From Bugula neritina (Eukaryota; Animalia; Bryozoa), in the NCBI GenBank assembly GCA_964035545.1, contig OZ037766.1, positions 15,924,722 to 15,988,721 on the forward strand: a stretch of DNA of 64,000 bases, read 5' to 3'. The position numbers and the translations under genes were made by a program. Shown one piece after another: positions 1-28,466 of the stretch (its first letter is position 1; every line of letters starts with the position of its first letter). A model generated the notes under the pieces. It did no database searches and was not told where the DNA came from. It saw only the letters and a program-made list of their open reading frames with translations.

Positions 1-662
1 TACAATAAAATTAAGTTTTATAAAGGGTATGTTTCTATTCTAACAGAATATGTAAAACATCTAAAGCCTTTTAATGCAATCAAAATTATTGGCCTTTCAA
101 AAAATCAACACAATGACTACTTACTGTTCAAAAATTGCCGAATTCGATGAACAGGTATGTTATTGATAACTGAAGAAGTCAACATGTCTTGCAGTGTGGG
201 AGTCAATTCATGGTAAACCAGGCCTTGCATTATCCAAAATGTATTTACTAAAAGAAATTGAAAGTAAAGGATGGAATATTCAGTTATACATTTTAGTAAA
301 AATTAAAAGCCACTACAAAGCAAACAGTAATAGGCACTGTGTTTCTATGCAGTGACAAGTGCAGATGCCATTAGGTTGTTGGATTTGTTGACCCGCTTGC
401 AGTTATGGAAACAGTTCCGTATCTCGACCAATCGTACACTAAAACATGAGACTATAGGTCGATCTAGCAACTACATAAAAGAAGGGTTTATTCACAAGTC
501 CGATGAAAGCCGAAGACATAAGGTACATCTTTGGCTCCTGTGAATCTCTTCTATTGAATGTACCAAAATACGTTGGCATGTGGAATTTTTTATATCATTT
601 TATTCTGTAGAAGAGTTTAGCATGAAGATTCTAACATCAGAGAGTCATCAATTTTTGAAAAA

Positions 663-750
663 CACCGGGTTTCCATGGATCGATCTCAGATCAATCATCT
701 TTCCATGAGAGTGTCATATTGATCTCACGGAGTTGCCTCCTCTTGAGTGA
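663..750 (+). mobile_element. Fragment of a short palindromic repeat family (MITE-like); related copy at 13875-13971
   Basis: CACCGGGTTTCCATGGATCGATCTCAG matches the inverted end of the 13.9 kb element (CATCGGCTTTCCATGGGTCGATCTCAG). The internal GGAGTT.CCTCC-like motif is also shared. Confidence 0.5.
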
Positions 751-1011
751 AGGGTACTTAATAGTATAATTTGTTCACCTATTTAACTGATTAAAGCTAC
801 TGCTGTTGAAAAACAAGATTGTTGTAGTCTAAAATTTAACTCCAAAAATAAAATCGTACTTCAACCTACTACCACTACATAGAAACATAGTGGTGAGACA
901 CAGCAAATCACTGTTAGTGATATGATCACACAGACATTACTAAAATCATATTTGTAAATGGAAAAAGAAATTTACATACAGTAACAGAAGTGAGAATAAG
1001 TACATACTTAC

Positions 1012-4000
1012 AAGAAACGAACAGCAGAAAGGACAAATTCACATAATGCCCCAAAACCATGAGAGTTGTGCATATCATCAACATCAACACCAAAAACTGT
1101 TGAATTAAAAAGAAGCTGCCGTATATACCCAATAGTTTGGCAATATTAAATACAGGTAATACTAAATATCAACAAGCAAATTTGAACTAAAAATTTCTAA
1201 AGATTTTTCAAACTTCAGTAGTTTAGAATGATGTATGACAAAGAAAAACTAATAATTACTGAGCTCCTTCTTTGCTGTCTGGTTTTCCATATTTCTGTCA
1301 AGCAGAATTGAGCAAATGCAATAACTTTTGCACAATTATGACAAAACTGAGGCACAGAACATATCCTTGGATCAACTGAAACCCACCTAAAAATAAGAGA
1401 CAGATAGAAAAACTTTCAAGAATTTCAATCTCACATGGAATCGAATAAACTTAGTTTATAAGAAAATGCAAATGTGCCTAAATATAATTATACTAAAACA
1501 CCAATTATGACATGTAAATATTTGAAGCCAGACAAAAATGAACTTTCAACTACATGTTAAATTTGTATTCCAATATTACTAGAAGTATCCAATTCCATAA
1601 AAGGCTCTATACAGTCTATAGCAAAGAGGCCTAAGTAAATAACTTCTAATTGGATAACTAGAAAATCATTTTGCAAGATATATAAATAAGATATGAACTT
1701 CTGCTCACATTAGTTGTTTACAATAGACAAATCTTAAACTAATATATTATGTATAACAGGTTCAGTGACATGGGATTTAAATAATACATACTCATCTTCA
1801 TTCAACTCAGATGGTGCACGCAAAGTTGGCCAAATTCTTGTAATCCATTGATAGGAAATGTACACCACCAACGCTCCCCAAGCTAATGTTGCAAGCACGT
1901 AAGAGCCTTTTAAAACCCTGTAATATTTACAGAACTAAATATAGAATATAGATTATTAGATGGGGTGACAATCAGCCAATAACTCAACTGCACAACAATA
2001 CCATATTGCAATGTACTTAATTCCATGAAAAAAACATCAATTTTTGTCAAACTTAAATTAGGATAAACTTAACTGACGCCAAGCTAAAAAGATAAAATAA
2101 CCACAATGCATATTAAAGCTAATAAATTAAGCTCCACATGACAATCCATTATTGTAGTATGCACATATCGATTTAAGCACCTACTATCTAAAAGTGTGAA
2201 ATATCACAATAAAGTTATAAAAAAATCAAAGAAAATGAGCCAAAAGTTGATGGTAAATATTAAAAGTTTAAATTCAGAATTGAAAAATTTCTAAATTACA
2301 CACATATATATTCCTTTATGTATATAAGGGGAATATGGCTGACATTTTTAGTTATTGATTTGAAATGCACAGCGGAAGAGTGATGTGATATGCAGCAGCT
2401 ATTAGGTTGAGCTACAACAGTTGTAGTGTTGAAATCAAAAGCACATTTTTAGAGAGGATAGAGCCTCAGCTCCAACATTGCAATGCATAATGCCAGAAAA
2501 TTATTTCACAGTCTATTTTATATTTGTAATATAACACATATCATAGAGCATTAAGGAATGAGTTACAAAATGACTATCATTGATCTAATAAATCCACTAC
2601 AATATTAGAAACACAATTTCTTGAGTATTTTGTTTTTCTGAAGAAATGCAATATTAGTAAATAATGAGCATTATGCAACATTGTTGTACAGTGCATCAAC
2701 AGGACACAACTCCAAAATGTATATCATTTATCATAACAGCTTGAAAGAGTGAGTAGTAATGAGTAAATGTGTGCAAGTCCACCATACTTATTGATAGCTT
2801 TTAAAAAAATTGCCTTTGAACAAGCACAGCTTTAATGCAAATTATAGCCTAAACACTGCTATAAAACTATCCTGTAAATGTGAAATAAAACTACTAAATA
2901 ATAAACAATATAAGCAAGAAATTTGTGTAATATAAAATATATGTCTAATCACATATTAACTTGAGGCTAGATTTTGACAAAAAAATGAAACTTTGGATAT
3001 TCAAAACAACCCTATTTCAACTGTCCAGTCTGCTATCAGCAGCTCTACAAGTATAGTTATGAGCAGTTTAAACATTGAAGAAAAAAAATGAAATATCAAG
3101 TGATGTCCAGGATTCAGTTAACCAATTTATTCTATGACACGTGCTGTAATATTACTATTATTGTAACAATCAGTTTTAAACATGGTTTAGGAGTTCTTCC
3201 CTCTTGTTTTTGTGTAATTATTTTTACATGTTCAACTTATGAAAATGATTATATAGTTGCTGTGATAATTGTTTAATTTTTAATAAATGCTCTATTATCT
3301 TGTTACAGCAGTTTGTTCAATATACTTGATGTAGGCACTACCATTATGATATAACTGCTTCCAGTGCATACAGTATGAGCAAGCGTTCATAGTTGCTGAA
3401 GTTGTTCACTTATTTACACTGACTTACACGGTGATACATCAGCAAACCCCCCTCTCCCTACAGACAAAAACGCATTCAGCTACAAGTAAAGCTTTGGATT
3501 CTATAGCCGATACTGTTGGCATTTTACTGATTACATGCCTATAATATTATATTGAATGAATTCAAATACCTTCAAGTCCATTCAGAATAACTAGAATATT
3601 GACTTTACCTAGGTTTAAGATTCTTGTCTGAACCATGACTTGATTGAACTTGCTTAGCCACTGGAATGATTTGCTGTGACTTTAAATTAGCTCTGATACA
3701 AGTAAAACTAACCAAAAAATTAGGTTCAACTGTCGTTATTTGAATATATTATCTACCATTAAAATATCATCATTAGGCAATAGGCATCACTATGAACAGT
3801 CATTATATTTTAATTAAATGAATAAGAATAAGTCTAAATATATCGCTTACAACAAAACTGACCAACACTTTTATCTATATTACAATCACTGCTACGGTCG
3901 TTTACATTATGAATGCCAAGGGTATCAGTTTTAAATTCAAAAGTATTACTATAACTTATAAGTACATTCTGCAGAGCAAGTTGGTTTAATCAAGAATCAA

Positions 4001-4536
4001 GATTCAGTACTATTTTAACTAAAAGTATTGGGTTCAATTAGTTTTAAAATTACTTTTAGTGTAAGAATAAACTAAAACCATGGCATTGTTTTAATTTGTG
4101 ACATAAAATTTATCAATTTACTTCAAATAAACCTATTCTAATTAAGCAGTAATTATTATAATTTATAGTTATCATTGACTAGCCAGACTCAAAGCGAATT
4201 AGGCATGGTATATGTATATGTGAATAATATACTATGTCTCTCAAAAATATACATACTCACATACCAGTACCATATGAAGTATCAAAATTCAATCAACATA
4301 AGGGATAAGTGACTGGAGGACACTTAATGACTCTAACAAACGTCCAACGGCCAAACTTACCATAAAAACATGGTGTTCACCAACAAAAGTGCAATTGCAC
4401 TTTTATATCTATCTTTCCAGTAAATTAATGAGATACCAGCTGCAATCCAACTTTCCACTGGTTTCAAAATGTCTTCAATTTGTTTAGTATATGTTTCCAC
4501 ATCTTTTTCAAACGAAGCTCTTGCAGTCGTAGACAT
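1012..4536 (-). CDS. RETREG (FAM134): Reticulophagy regulator (RETREG/FAM134 family), reticulon-homology domain; 3' exons lie beyond the left edge of the window
   Basis: Spliced exons ~4536-4361 (MSTTARASFEKD...LIYWKDRYKSAIALLLVNTMFL), ~1917-1791 (..SYQWITRIWPTLRAPS..), ~1386-1259 (WVSVDPRICSVPQFCHNCA..) and 1096-1012 (FLVLMLMICTTLMVLGHYV..) have GT-AG ends and compatible phases. The motifs match recalled FAM134 segments 'DQWKNKIWPEI' and 'WGFVHPRLLSVPELCHHVA'. Confidence 0.85.
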
Positions 4537-4599
4537 GTTTGACAAAAGAAAAGCTTGAAGTTGAGCTGCACAAAAAAGTTAAAGACCAGTATGAGTATG

Positions 4600-4895
4600 A
4601 CTATTACTATAAATATTAATATGAGTACAAATAATTATTGGTATTACTATCAGTAAGTGTAATAGTAACAGTCACAGTGATATTGATAGCAATACTAATA
4701 CAACGATACTAATATTAGTAATACTAATAGTAGTGCTAATACAAATAGTTCAATATAAGTATTAGATTTACTTTTACTTTTAGTAATAGTATAACTATAA
4801 GTATAATTTAAAGTTATAAGTTATAGTTACAACTATTGCAATTGTCATATTCATTGTGAATTTGATTGCTTTAAGTTTAAGTATAAGTTTAGTCA
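4600..4895. repeat. Degenerate 6-bp-periodic low-complexity tract (AGTATG/ACTATT/AGTAAT-like) in the RETREG 5'UTR intron
   Basis: Visible hexamer periodicity with a drifting unit. Confidence 0.7.
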
Positions 4896-5086
4896 TTAGA
4901 GTTGGGTGTAAAAGATAAAATAGAAGTGGTAATAAACAAATCCACAAAATCTTTCAAATAAACAATAAATCGATTAATAAATTTGTCGACTAACCTGTCA
5001 GCCAAATTAATAATGAAAGTATGAATATTTATTTTACAGCAATTCGCTTTCAACGCCTTCTCAAAGCATTTTAGGTTATTGTTATT

Positions 5087-5096
5087 GTCACGTGAT
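5087..5096. promoter_or_regulatory. CLEAR-like palindromic E-box (GTCACGTGAT) upstream of RETREG
   Basis: Seen directly, ~90 bp upstream of the probable 5'UTR donor (CAG|GTTAGT on the - strand at ~4994). Confidence 0.45.
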
Positions 5097-5795
5097 AACA
5101 TCTCAAATGGGCGTGTTCTGCGCATTTTGCCTGCTCGAAAAGCTTAGTTATGGAGTTGTCTTCCTACTCCTATCAATCCGCCTAGACTCCTATAGACTAT
5201 ATGAATTAAAAACCACAATTATTATAGGCCCCTGTCTCACAACTTGCATGAAGCTAATAATAAAAAATATGCGGTAAAAAATGTCTGTAATAATGCTTAT
5301 GCCTTAGAATTTCCTTCTTTGCAAGCTTATCAGAACTCCGTTATTGTAACTTTGATTTAAAATGTCTCTATAACACCTAAATGCTTTTAAACAGAGGAGT
5401 TCAGTGTGTAGCTATATATAAAAGACAGTATTTAACAAGCCCCTGTGAGTCAGTTAGAATTTTCTTCACGCAGCTTATTTTCTTAAGCTGTCCTCTTATT
5501 CATAAGATTTGATATATTTCTGCTCAATGAATGTAAATGCTATTCACTATGCTATGTGTAAGACTTGTTTTATCAAAACCTATGCAGTGGTTCACAGATT
5601 TGAGTTTCAGAATTTGAGTATTATAACTTTATCTGTGTTGGTCACCACCTAGTATAAGTCACTGTCATCTAGTACCATCAGTCCAATCTAATAATGATTC
5701 TGAAGTCTAAATATTTGTATATATTATATTTATATCGGCGATACCATGGAATTGATTCAATTTAGGCAAACGAAAGAGCCTTCTGATCCGTACTA

Positions 5796-7518
5796 CAGTG
5801 CTGTGAAAAATTTTAAAGGCGCTTCATTGTTTTTCAGTATTGCAATGTTCCAAGCTAATTTTACAACATTATAAGAAAAGCATTTCCATAGGCATGGTGC
5901 CTATCAAAATAATTCTTAGGATATCTCCTTATCTCAGTGATATAAACTATTAGTGTCTCTTTTTCTTTCCTCCCAAAATCTAGATGAAACAATGCGCCAC
6001 TGTGCATATATGGGAATTATTCGATGCTCTCACAATTTGTGTGTACTGTATGACATAGTAATATTTCATTTAAAATATAAAAATAATATTATATGTGATT
6101 TGTTCTACACCTTATAGCAGCATTACAACACACAGTATTTTAAATTTTGGTATCAGTATTTTGTTAGCCAGCCTTTTTTCTTAATCACAAGTCGGCATTG
6201 ATGAGGCATCGACTCGTACAGCTTCTCCAACTCGTCTTCAGTCACAACATGATGCCATGCATGAATTACAAGCTCTATGAGTGTCACCTTAGTTGTTGGC
6301 TTTTTTGAAGAGACTATTTTAGCCATTCTTGACCACAAATTTTCTATTGGGCTGGCCAGTAAAGCGTTGAGACACTCTGCGTTTTCATCCACACTTTAAC
6401 AAATTTTGCTCAATGGCATGGTGCATTCACTGCATTGTCATCTTGAAATATGTAAGCTTTATTTGAAAAAAGTTTTTATAGTTGGAAGAAGTTTAGCATG
6501 CAGGGTTTCTATATATTTTTGAGCATTCATCATTCTAGAGCAAATACTGAGTCGACCTACACCTTTTGATGTTATACAACCCCAGAACATAACACTGATA
6601 GGGTGCTTAATTGTTGAAACTATGCATTAGGGCTATATTTCTCATACTGGCATCTTCTAACAAAACAGTTTCCAGCATGATTGTTTACATTAAATGTGGA
6701 TTCAGCTAAAAGAATTACTTTTTTCCAATCATTCACTGTCCAACTAGCATGCTCCCTGGCCCACCGTAGCCGGCTTTTTCGTTGCTTCTTGGTTAGTAGC
6801 GGCTTCCTTCTTGTTTTTCAGCCACGTAAACCATGGCTCAGCAATCTTCGCCTCATCAGGGATGTCGAAGCTGTTATTTTTGTTGACTCTGACCATTCTT
6901 TTGCCAACTCATGACTTGTTTTGTGGCGATCCTTCTTTCTGATTCTAATGAGAACTTTGTCATCTCTGGGTGTCCACTTTGAGGTTGGTCTGCTACACTG
7001 CCAGTCTCCATAAACTTCTTGATAATTTGGTATACGATTGTCTTTGCTTTGCCAACCTTTTTAGATATTTTTCTAATTGAATACTTTCGTTATGCAAAAA
7101 AACTATGACAGACCTTGCCTCTGAAGTAAGATTTACAGCTCTCATTTTGTCTATGCGCAGCACTTAAGTGTGCACCTAGTAAAAGCTCACAGATTTCAAA
7201 CTATGGAGGGAAATCATGCTTTATAATATCATGATGTCATGCACAAAGTCAAAGTTCACTGTTTATCCTTTTGTGGCTGACAAAAGCAAAGAATTTTGGG
7301 AACATAAAAATACAGGAGTTGCGCTTCCCTAGCTGCTTATATAAATAGCCCGAAAATGGGTGGAAAACATCACAACAATGGAGGATTTATAGGGTGGGAA
7401 TTGTGGGAATTTTGATATATAAAACTTTCAGGAAAATACTAAAAACTTACAAGAAATGGCTATTAAATAACATACACAGAAATTTCTGCAAGCGTTCTCA
7501 AACTTTTTCACAGCACCG
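5796..7518 (-). mobile_element. Tc1/mariner DNA transposon, full-length but degenerate
   Basis: TA-flanked ~29-bp imperfect TIRs (CAGTGCTGTGAAAAATTTTAAAGGCGCTT / rc CGGTGCTGTGAAAAAGTTTGAGAACGCTT). The - strand carries transposase remnants from ~7145 to 6153 (HTH region, 'MFWGCIT', 'IFQDDNA', 'SPIENLW', 'LYESMP..CRLVIKKKGWLTKY'). Confidence 0.92.
6153..7145 (-). pseudogene. Tc1 transposase pseudogene
   Basis: Frameshifted. The first catalytic motif reads LAESTF instead of SDES.F, and the SPDLNPIE motif is reduced to LASPIE. Confidence 0.85.
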
Positions 7519-7561
7519 TACATCTTTAATATTTTCCCCTATTTTCAAGATGCAGTTGTCT

Positions 7562-7646
7562 CACACGTGGCTCTGGACCGTCCCATCACCGTCTTATATT
7601 AATGAGCCAATGGTCATTGGGTATTCAATAAAGTACTAACCAATCA
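7562..7646 (+). promoter_or_regulatory. Putative DPYD proximal promoter (CACGTG E-box, CCAAT boxes)
   Basis: CACGTG at ~7564, GCCAAT at ~7606, ATTGG at ~7616 and ACCAATC at ~7639, all 160-240 bp upstream of the ATG. Confidence 0.45.
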
Positions 7647-7804
7647 AGTTGCAGCACCACCACGCTCAACATTTCTGTTGCAACTTGCAAGCACAACAAT
7701 AAGATCACAACAACAAGCACCAGCATATCCTGGATCTTGGTATTTTAGTCTATTCTTTGCAAACTTGTCTGTTGATTCATTTGTTTATCATTTTTCATTT
7801 CGTT

Positions 7805-23987
<16,183 letters not shown>

Positions 23988-24913
23988 ATGAGCTGTGTGG
24001 GAGATTCTAAAAGTATTATTCCCAATTACCTCTAACTTCTTATGTAAGTGCCATTGCTAAGGTGCTTATATTTTATAAACATTTATCTATATACTTGCCT
24101 CTTTTAATTAAGAGTCATTTATATGTACTTTTTCATCACTTTTTTAAATTTATGTATTCTGATGCATCCCAAAATTAATTAATACAATGTTGACCTGAAG
24201 AGTTTTGAGTAATACTTTTGTACTTGGAGTGTTGCCAGTGCAAATAATCAGACACACCCATGCCTGTCATTAGTATCCCTTTTTACATGATTGAATTGTT
24301 TTCATGGAAAGTTAGAAGAAGCACTTTGTTGTTCTATACCAACTTTTAGAGCTCTAATGGATTGATTTTGTAAAGAATTGTTTGTGCAATGCTATTGTAC
24401 TACACAATGAATTTTATAATTGATTTTTCTTCAAATATTACAATTTTTACTTTTATATTATAGGGCCACCATTTCATTGAATGTGTTCAGGATCAGTTTT
24501 TGCTAATTACAATATTTCTGGCTTGCAATACTTTGATTGATTTTACATTTTTATATATCAAACTTATGAATACAGCATATATTTACTTAAAAACACAAAT
24601 ATGATAGTACAGTGAGAGGCTTTACAGCAACAACCAAATCACAAAGTTGTGTTTATATGTTTAAAATTGATGCATTTCCATATTGCATGTGTTAGGATGT
24701 CACCAATATAACTATTGATTTTGAAATTGCTGGATACATGAAGCATTTATGACAAGAGAGAGCACATGACATTTTGGCTTCTCCCTAAATATAAATATTA
24801 TATGAGTTGCAATTGCATCAGCGACTTTCTGAATAGAAGTGTGCTCTGGTGTTATGAAAACGTGCACATATGCAGTCGCTATGTTCAGCTGATCCTCATT
24901 GGCAAACCTGACA

Positions 24914-27900
24914 ATGAGGTGGACACTCTGCCTTCTTGTTTTTTTGTGGCGTTCCATGCCAGTAAAGTCTGTGTGTGATCGTCTTTGGCATAGTCGCGGA
25001 CTGCATTGCTACTTCGCATCTAATAGCACAAGTACTTATACAAATGCCTTTTCAACTTGCCAGCAGTTCAAAGCACTCCCCGTAGATATTGAAGACTACA
25101 CAGAAAATCGCTTCTTAGTAGATATCTCGCCCAAAGGAGCGGATGAACTTTATTGGATTGGTTACGAGCATGTTGTGGGGAACATTTGGCGCTGGAATGC
25201 CACTAGTTCAACTGGGTTATTTCAAAACTGGGAGCCGGGAGAGCCTGATGACCAAGGTAAATGCAGCGCTATAGCTGCATATGAACGCGGAAGGTGGAGG
25301 GATCGTGATTGTAAGACAAAACTCAAGTTCATTTGCAAGAAAAAAGCTGACTGCGGTGCACCACCAGTAATGACAGATGGATTAGATGTAACAACATCTG
25401 TCCCTGCATTGCCGTCAGAAGACCACATTATTTTTGCTTCTTCTACAATAGCTTTTTATGAATGTCAAGATGGGTATGAATTTGCAGATAGAAGTTTTAG
25501 CAAGTCTTCTGTATGTGAGATTGGGGGTAAATGGGAACCAAATGTTCCCAGCATTACTCCTTGTATGCCTAAAAAGTGTACTCCTCCACCGCAATATGAT
25601 TTCACAGTCTCTAGCGCTGACCCAGCAATTGAGTACTACACATTTGGCTCCATAATTACTTACCAGTGTTCTCCTGGTTACTGGTTCCATCCATACGAAG
25701 TAACGACAAGCGAAAAATATTTGAAATGTGAAAGTGATAAAACTTGGAGAGAAACCAATAGCAAAACCAACAATATTCCACTAGATAAATGCTCAAAGAT
25801 GCATTGTATACGGCCAGTTACAGCTAACTCAGTGTCCAATACCTCTTTAAATGTGTTTGGAACTATTGCCAGATATGAATGCGACTATGGATACAAGTAT
25901 AGCAATAATGAAACTGTTAAAATTTTTGAATGCGGGCGAGAAACATGGAGTCCACCAGCAGAGCAATGTATTGTTGGAAAATGCCCTAGACACTTTGTAC
26001 AAAATGCAATAGCTACGCCAGACTCGGTAGACTTTGGTACAACTGTTACATGGCAATGTCTTCCTGGACACAAATATGCTGATACCAAAGTGCGAAAAAA
26101 AATGTACTGCCAGGGCAATGAGATATGGGACAGAATCATCAATGCTGGCTGCGAAAGTAAGTGCTCAATCTACATCAGACATATTGTTTCGCCAGTTTCA
26201 TCAAAGCTCAGAATTTTATTCTATCATATTCGTTATATAGATATTATCAAATACTGTAAGTATTAGACCTGTTTTATCTTTCCTTATGAAAATAATATTG
26301 ACACTGCAGATTGCAAAATTATTTACTTAGTTCCACATTAACTATTTAATCTCAACGGAAGATACAAAATTCTTAGTATATCTTATGGGTTTATTGTAAC
26401 TTTATCAAAACTTTTTCAACTAGCCACACCCTGTCTGAAGCCTCCGACAAATGCCTCGAGCACATACTATCACAACTGGGACCCTGACGTGACGTACAGA
26501 TACCTAGACAACATTACTTATACTTGCACTTATGCTAAGGAAGGCTGGACTTTCCCAGCTGAAGATTCAACTAAAGAGCCTAGCAGCACACGTTCAGCAT
26601 AGTGGGTGTTTAAACTTCTATTTCGTTGTTTGTGTATGTTGAGCACTTTATGTTTAATTTATCCAAAAAACTCGAAGATTTATTAAAATTAATTAAAGCT
26701 CCTGTCATGTTTAAGATTAAATGTGCATTCACATGAGGGTAAATCCCTTTTCAATTATGACATCCTTGGCTGTCAATTTCATTTTGTCTAATCTTGATGC
26801 CATCCATCAAGTATTATGGAAAAATATTTTTGGCGGAACAGCTTGTATTTCCTGATTTACACTAAGTAACAACATAGTATAGGATTATATTTACTGAATG
26901 GTTGAAAGATTTTCCCATATTAGTTTATATTATATTATTATAGCAAAATTATCTTTATATATCTCTATTATTATAAGTATTTATTTCCATGACTAAAATA
27001 GATTATAAAAAATTAAAATCAATTTCTCATTACAAATGAATACAACATAGAGCTAAAACTTAACAAAAAGTTTCTGATAAAGTGTTCATGATTTTATCTA
27101 GCCACAGATGTCAAATATGCACTATAGAGTCTAGACAAACTAACCAGTCAGAATTAAACAGTTTTGATTATAAAATTCAATTGACAAAATTACTGCCATC
27201 AGAAATTTTGGTTTTGATTTTATATGACAAACATTTTTACACTGCAATTTTTGACATTTTGATTTCAGGGGACTGACTTGCCTTTATCATATGTGGGTAT
27301 ATAAAATGTAGCACAAATGATCTTTAAATAATTCTTGGAAAATTAAAAAAAGTTATTTTTCAACCAAATTGCAAACCATTTTAAAAGTTGTTAACAAAAT
27401 GGGGCAGGTGTGGGAATTAGTCGCATTTCATGCTATGTTTGTTTTTATATGGGAACACAGTTGTGGAGAAGATGCAGAGTGGGTGCCTCAGTACATCGGG
27501 GAGTGCACAGGTGACCCAGTTGTTATCATCACCAGCCATGTTGTGAAAGATCCAATGGAGTCACCAGCCGGCCAGGCAAGTTCTATTTATAGACGTATAT
27601 AAAGGCATCTTGCTTTTTGTCACTCGCAGTATTTAAGCTCCAGCAGATGAGTTGAATGAGCTTATTGGCTTATTACAAAATTGTTTAAATTCTCATGACA
27701 AGATGTCATTTGAACTCCTTTTTTGAGTTGTAAATGTTTAATATAGGTACTATAATTGTTATCAACAACTACTATAGTGGATCAACTAAAAGTACAATGG
27801 GGAAGCCAATCCATGACTTTGTGTATGGAAAGATAATAGGATGCCTAATAGGACCTTTTTGATTGTTTAGGGAAAATATAATATAATTAGGCTACATAAA

Positions 27901-28466
27901 TAGTAGCACTATGCTGTGCAACTAAGAAATCAAATATGTGTCGAACAGCGTCATTTCAACTGTGACTTGCATGTGTGGGTTCCTGATATAATGCTATTAT
28001 ATATAAAAGTATTTTACACAATAGCCATTCACAAGGAATATCAAATTAGTAAAATATACATAATTGCTATTAATCTAGTCTATTCTAAGCAAAAATATGT
28101 GCAGTTATAATTGGGTGTTATTTCACAGCTTCAGCAATACATTATTATTCTTCATCTTTCTTCAATATTTTTATTCAGGTATTTGGACCTATAGGGTATA
28201 CAGTTGTTGGGTTACTTCTCCTGTTCTTGGTAATACTCGACCTTACAACAATTGGCAAAAGTATTGCCATGATAAAAGGAAATATGAGTTCAGCAGCAAG
28301 AATTGATGAAGAAGCAGCTGCACCTGACCAATTAGACAAATGGAATAAGACAGAGCATGAAAAGAAAGAAGCTGGTGGTAAAAACAACACCAAAACTATT
28401 ATTCGTAAACAGAAAACTAAAAGTTCTGCAACCAGTTCTAAAAAAAATGAGAGTAGAGATAAATAA
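24914..28466 (+). CDS. Type I membrane protein: signal peptide, C-type lectin domain, ~5 sushi/CCP domains, TM helix, basic tail (selectin-like architecture)
   Basis: Exons 24914-26156, 26424-26601, 27461-27575 and 28179-28466 join in frame (phases 1, 2, 0; the last intron is GC-AG). CTL motifs: WIG, WEPGEPD, C..WRD.DC...KFICK. Sushi motifs: C..PP, Y.C..GY, C...W. TM segment: PIGYTVVGLLLLFLVILDL. Confidence 0.88.

Noticed and set aside
495-545. Hammerhead ribozyme-like CCGATGAAAGCC..GAAG
   Set aside because: The core lacks an intact CUGAUGA...GAAA with closing stems.
26598-26603. In-frame TAG suggesting pseudogene or stop read-through
   Set aside because: Explained by a phase-2 donor (TA|GT) that restores Tyr on splicing.
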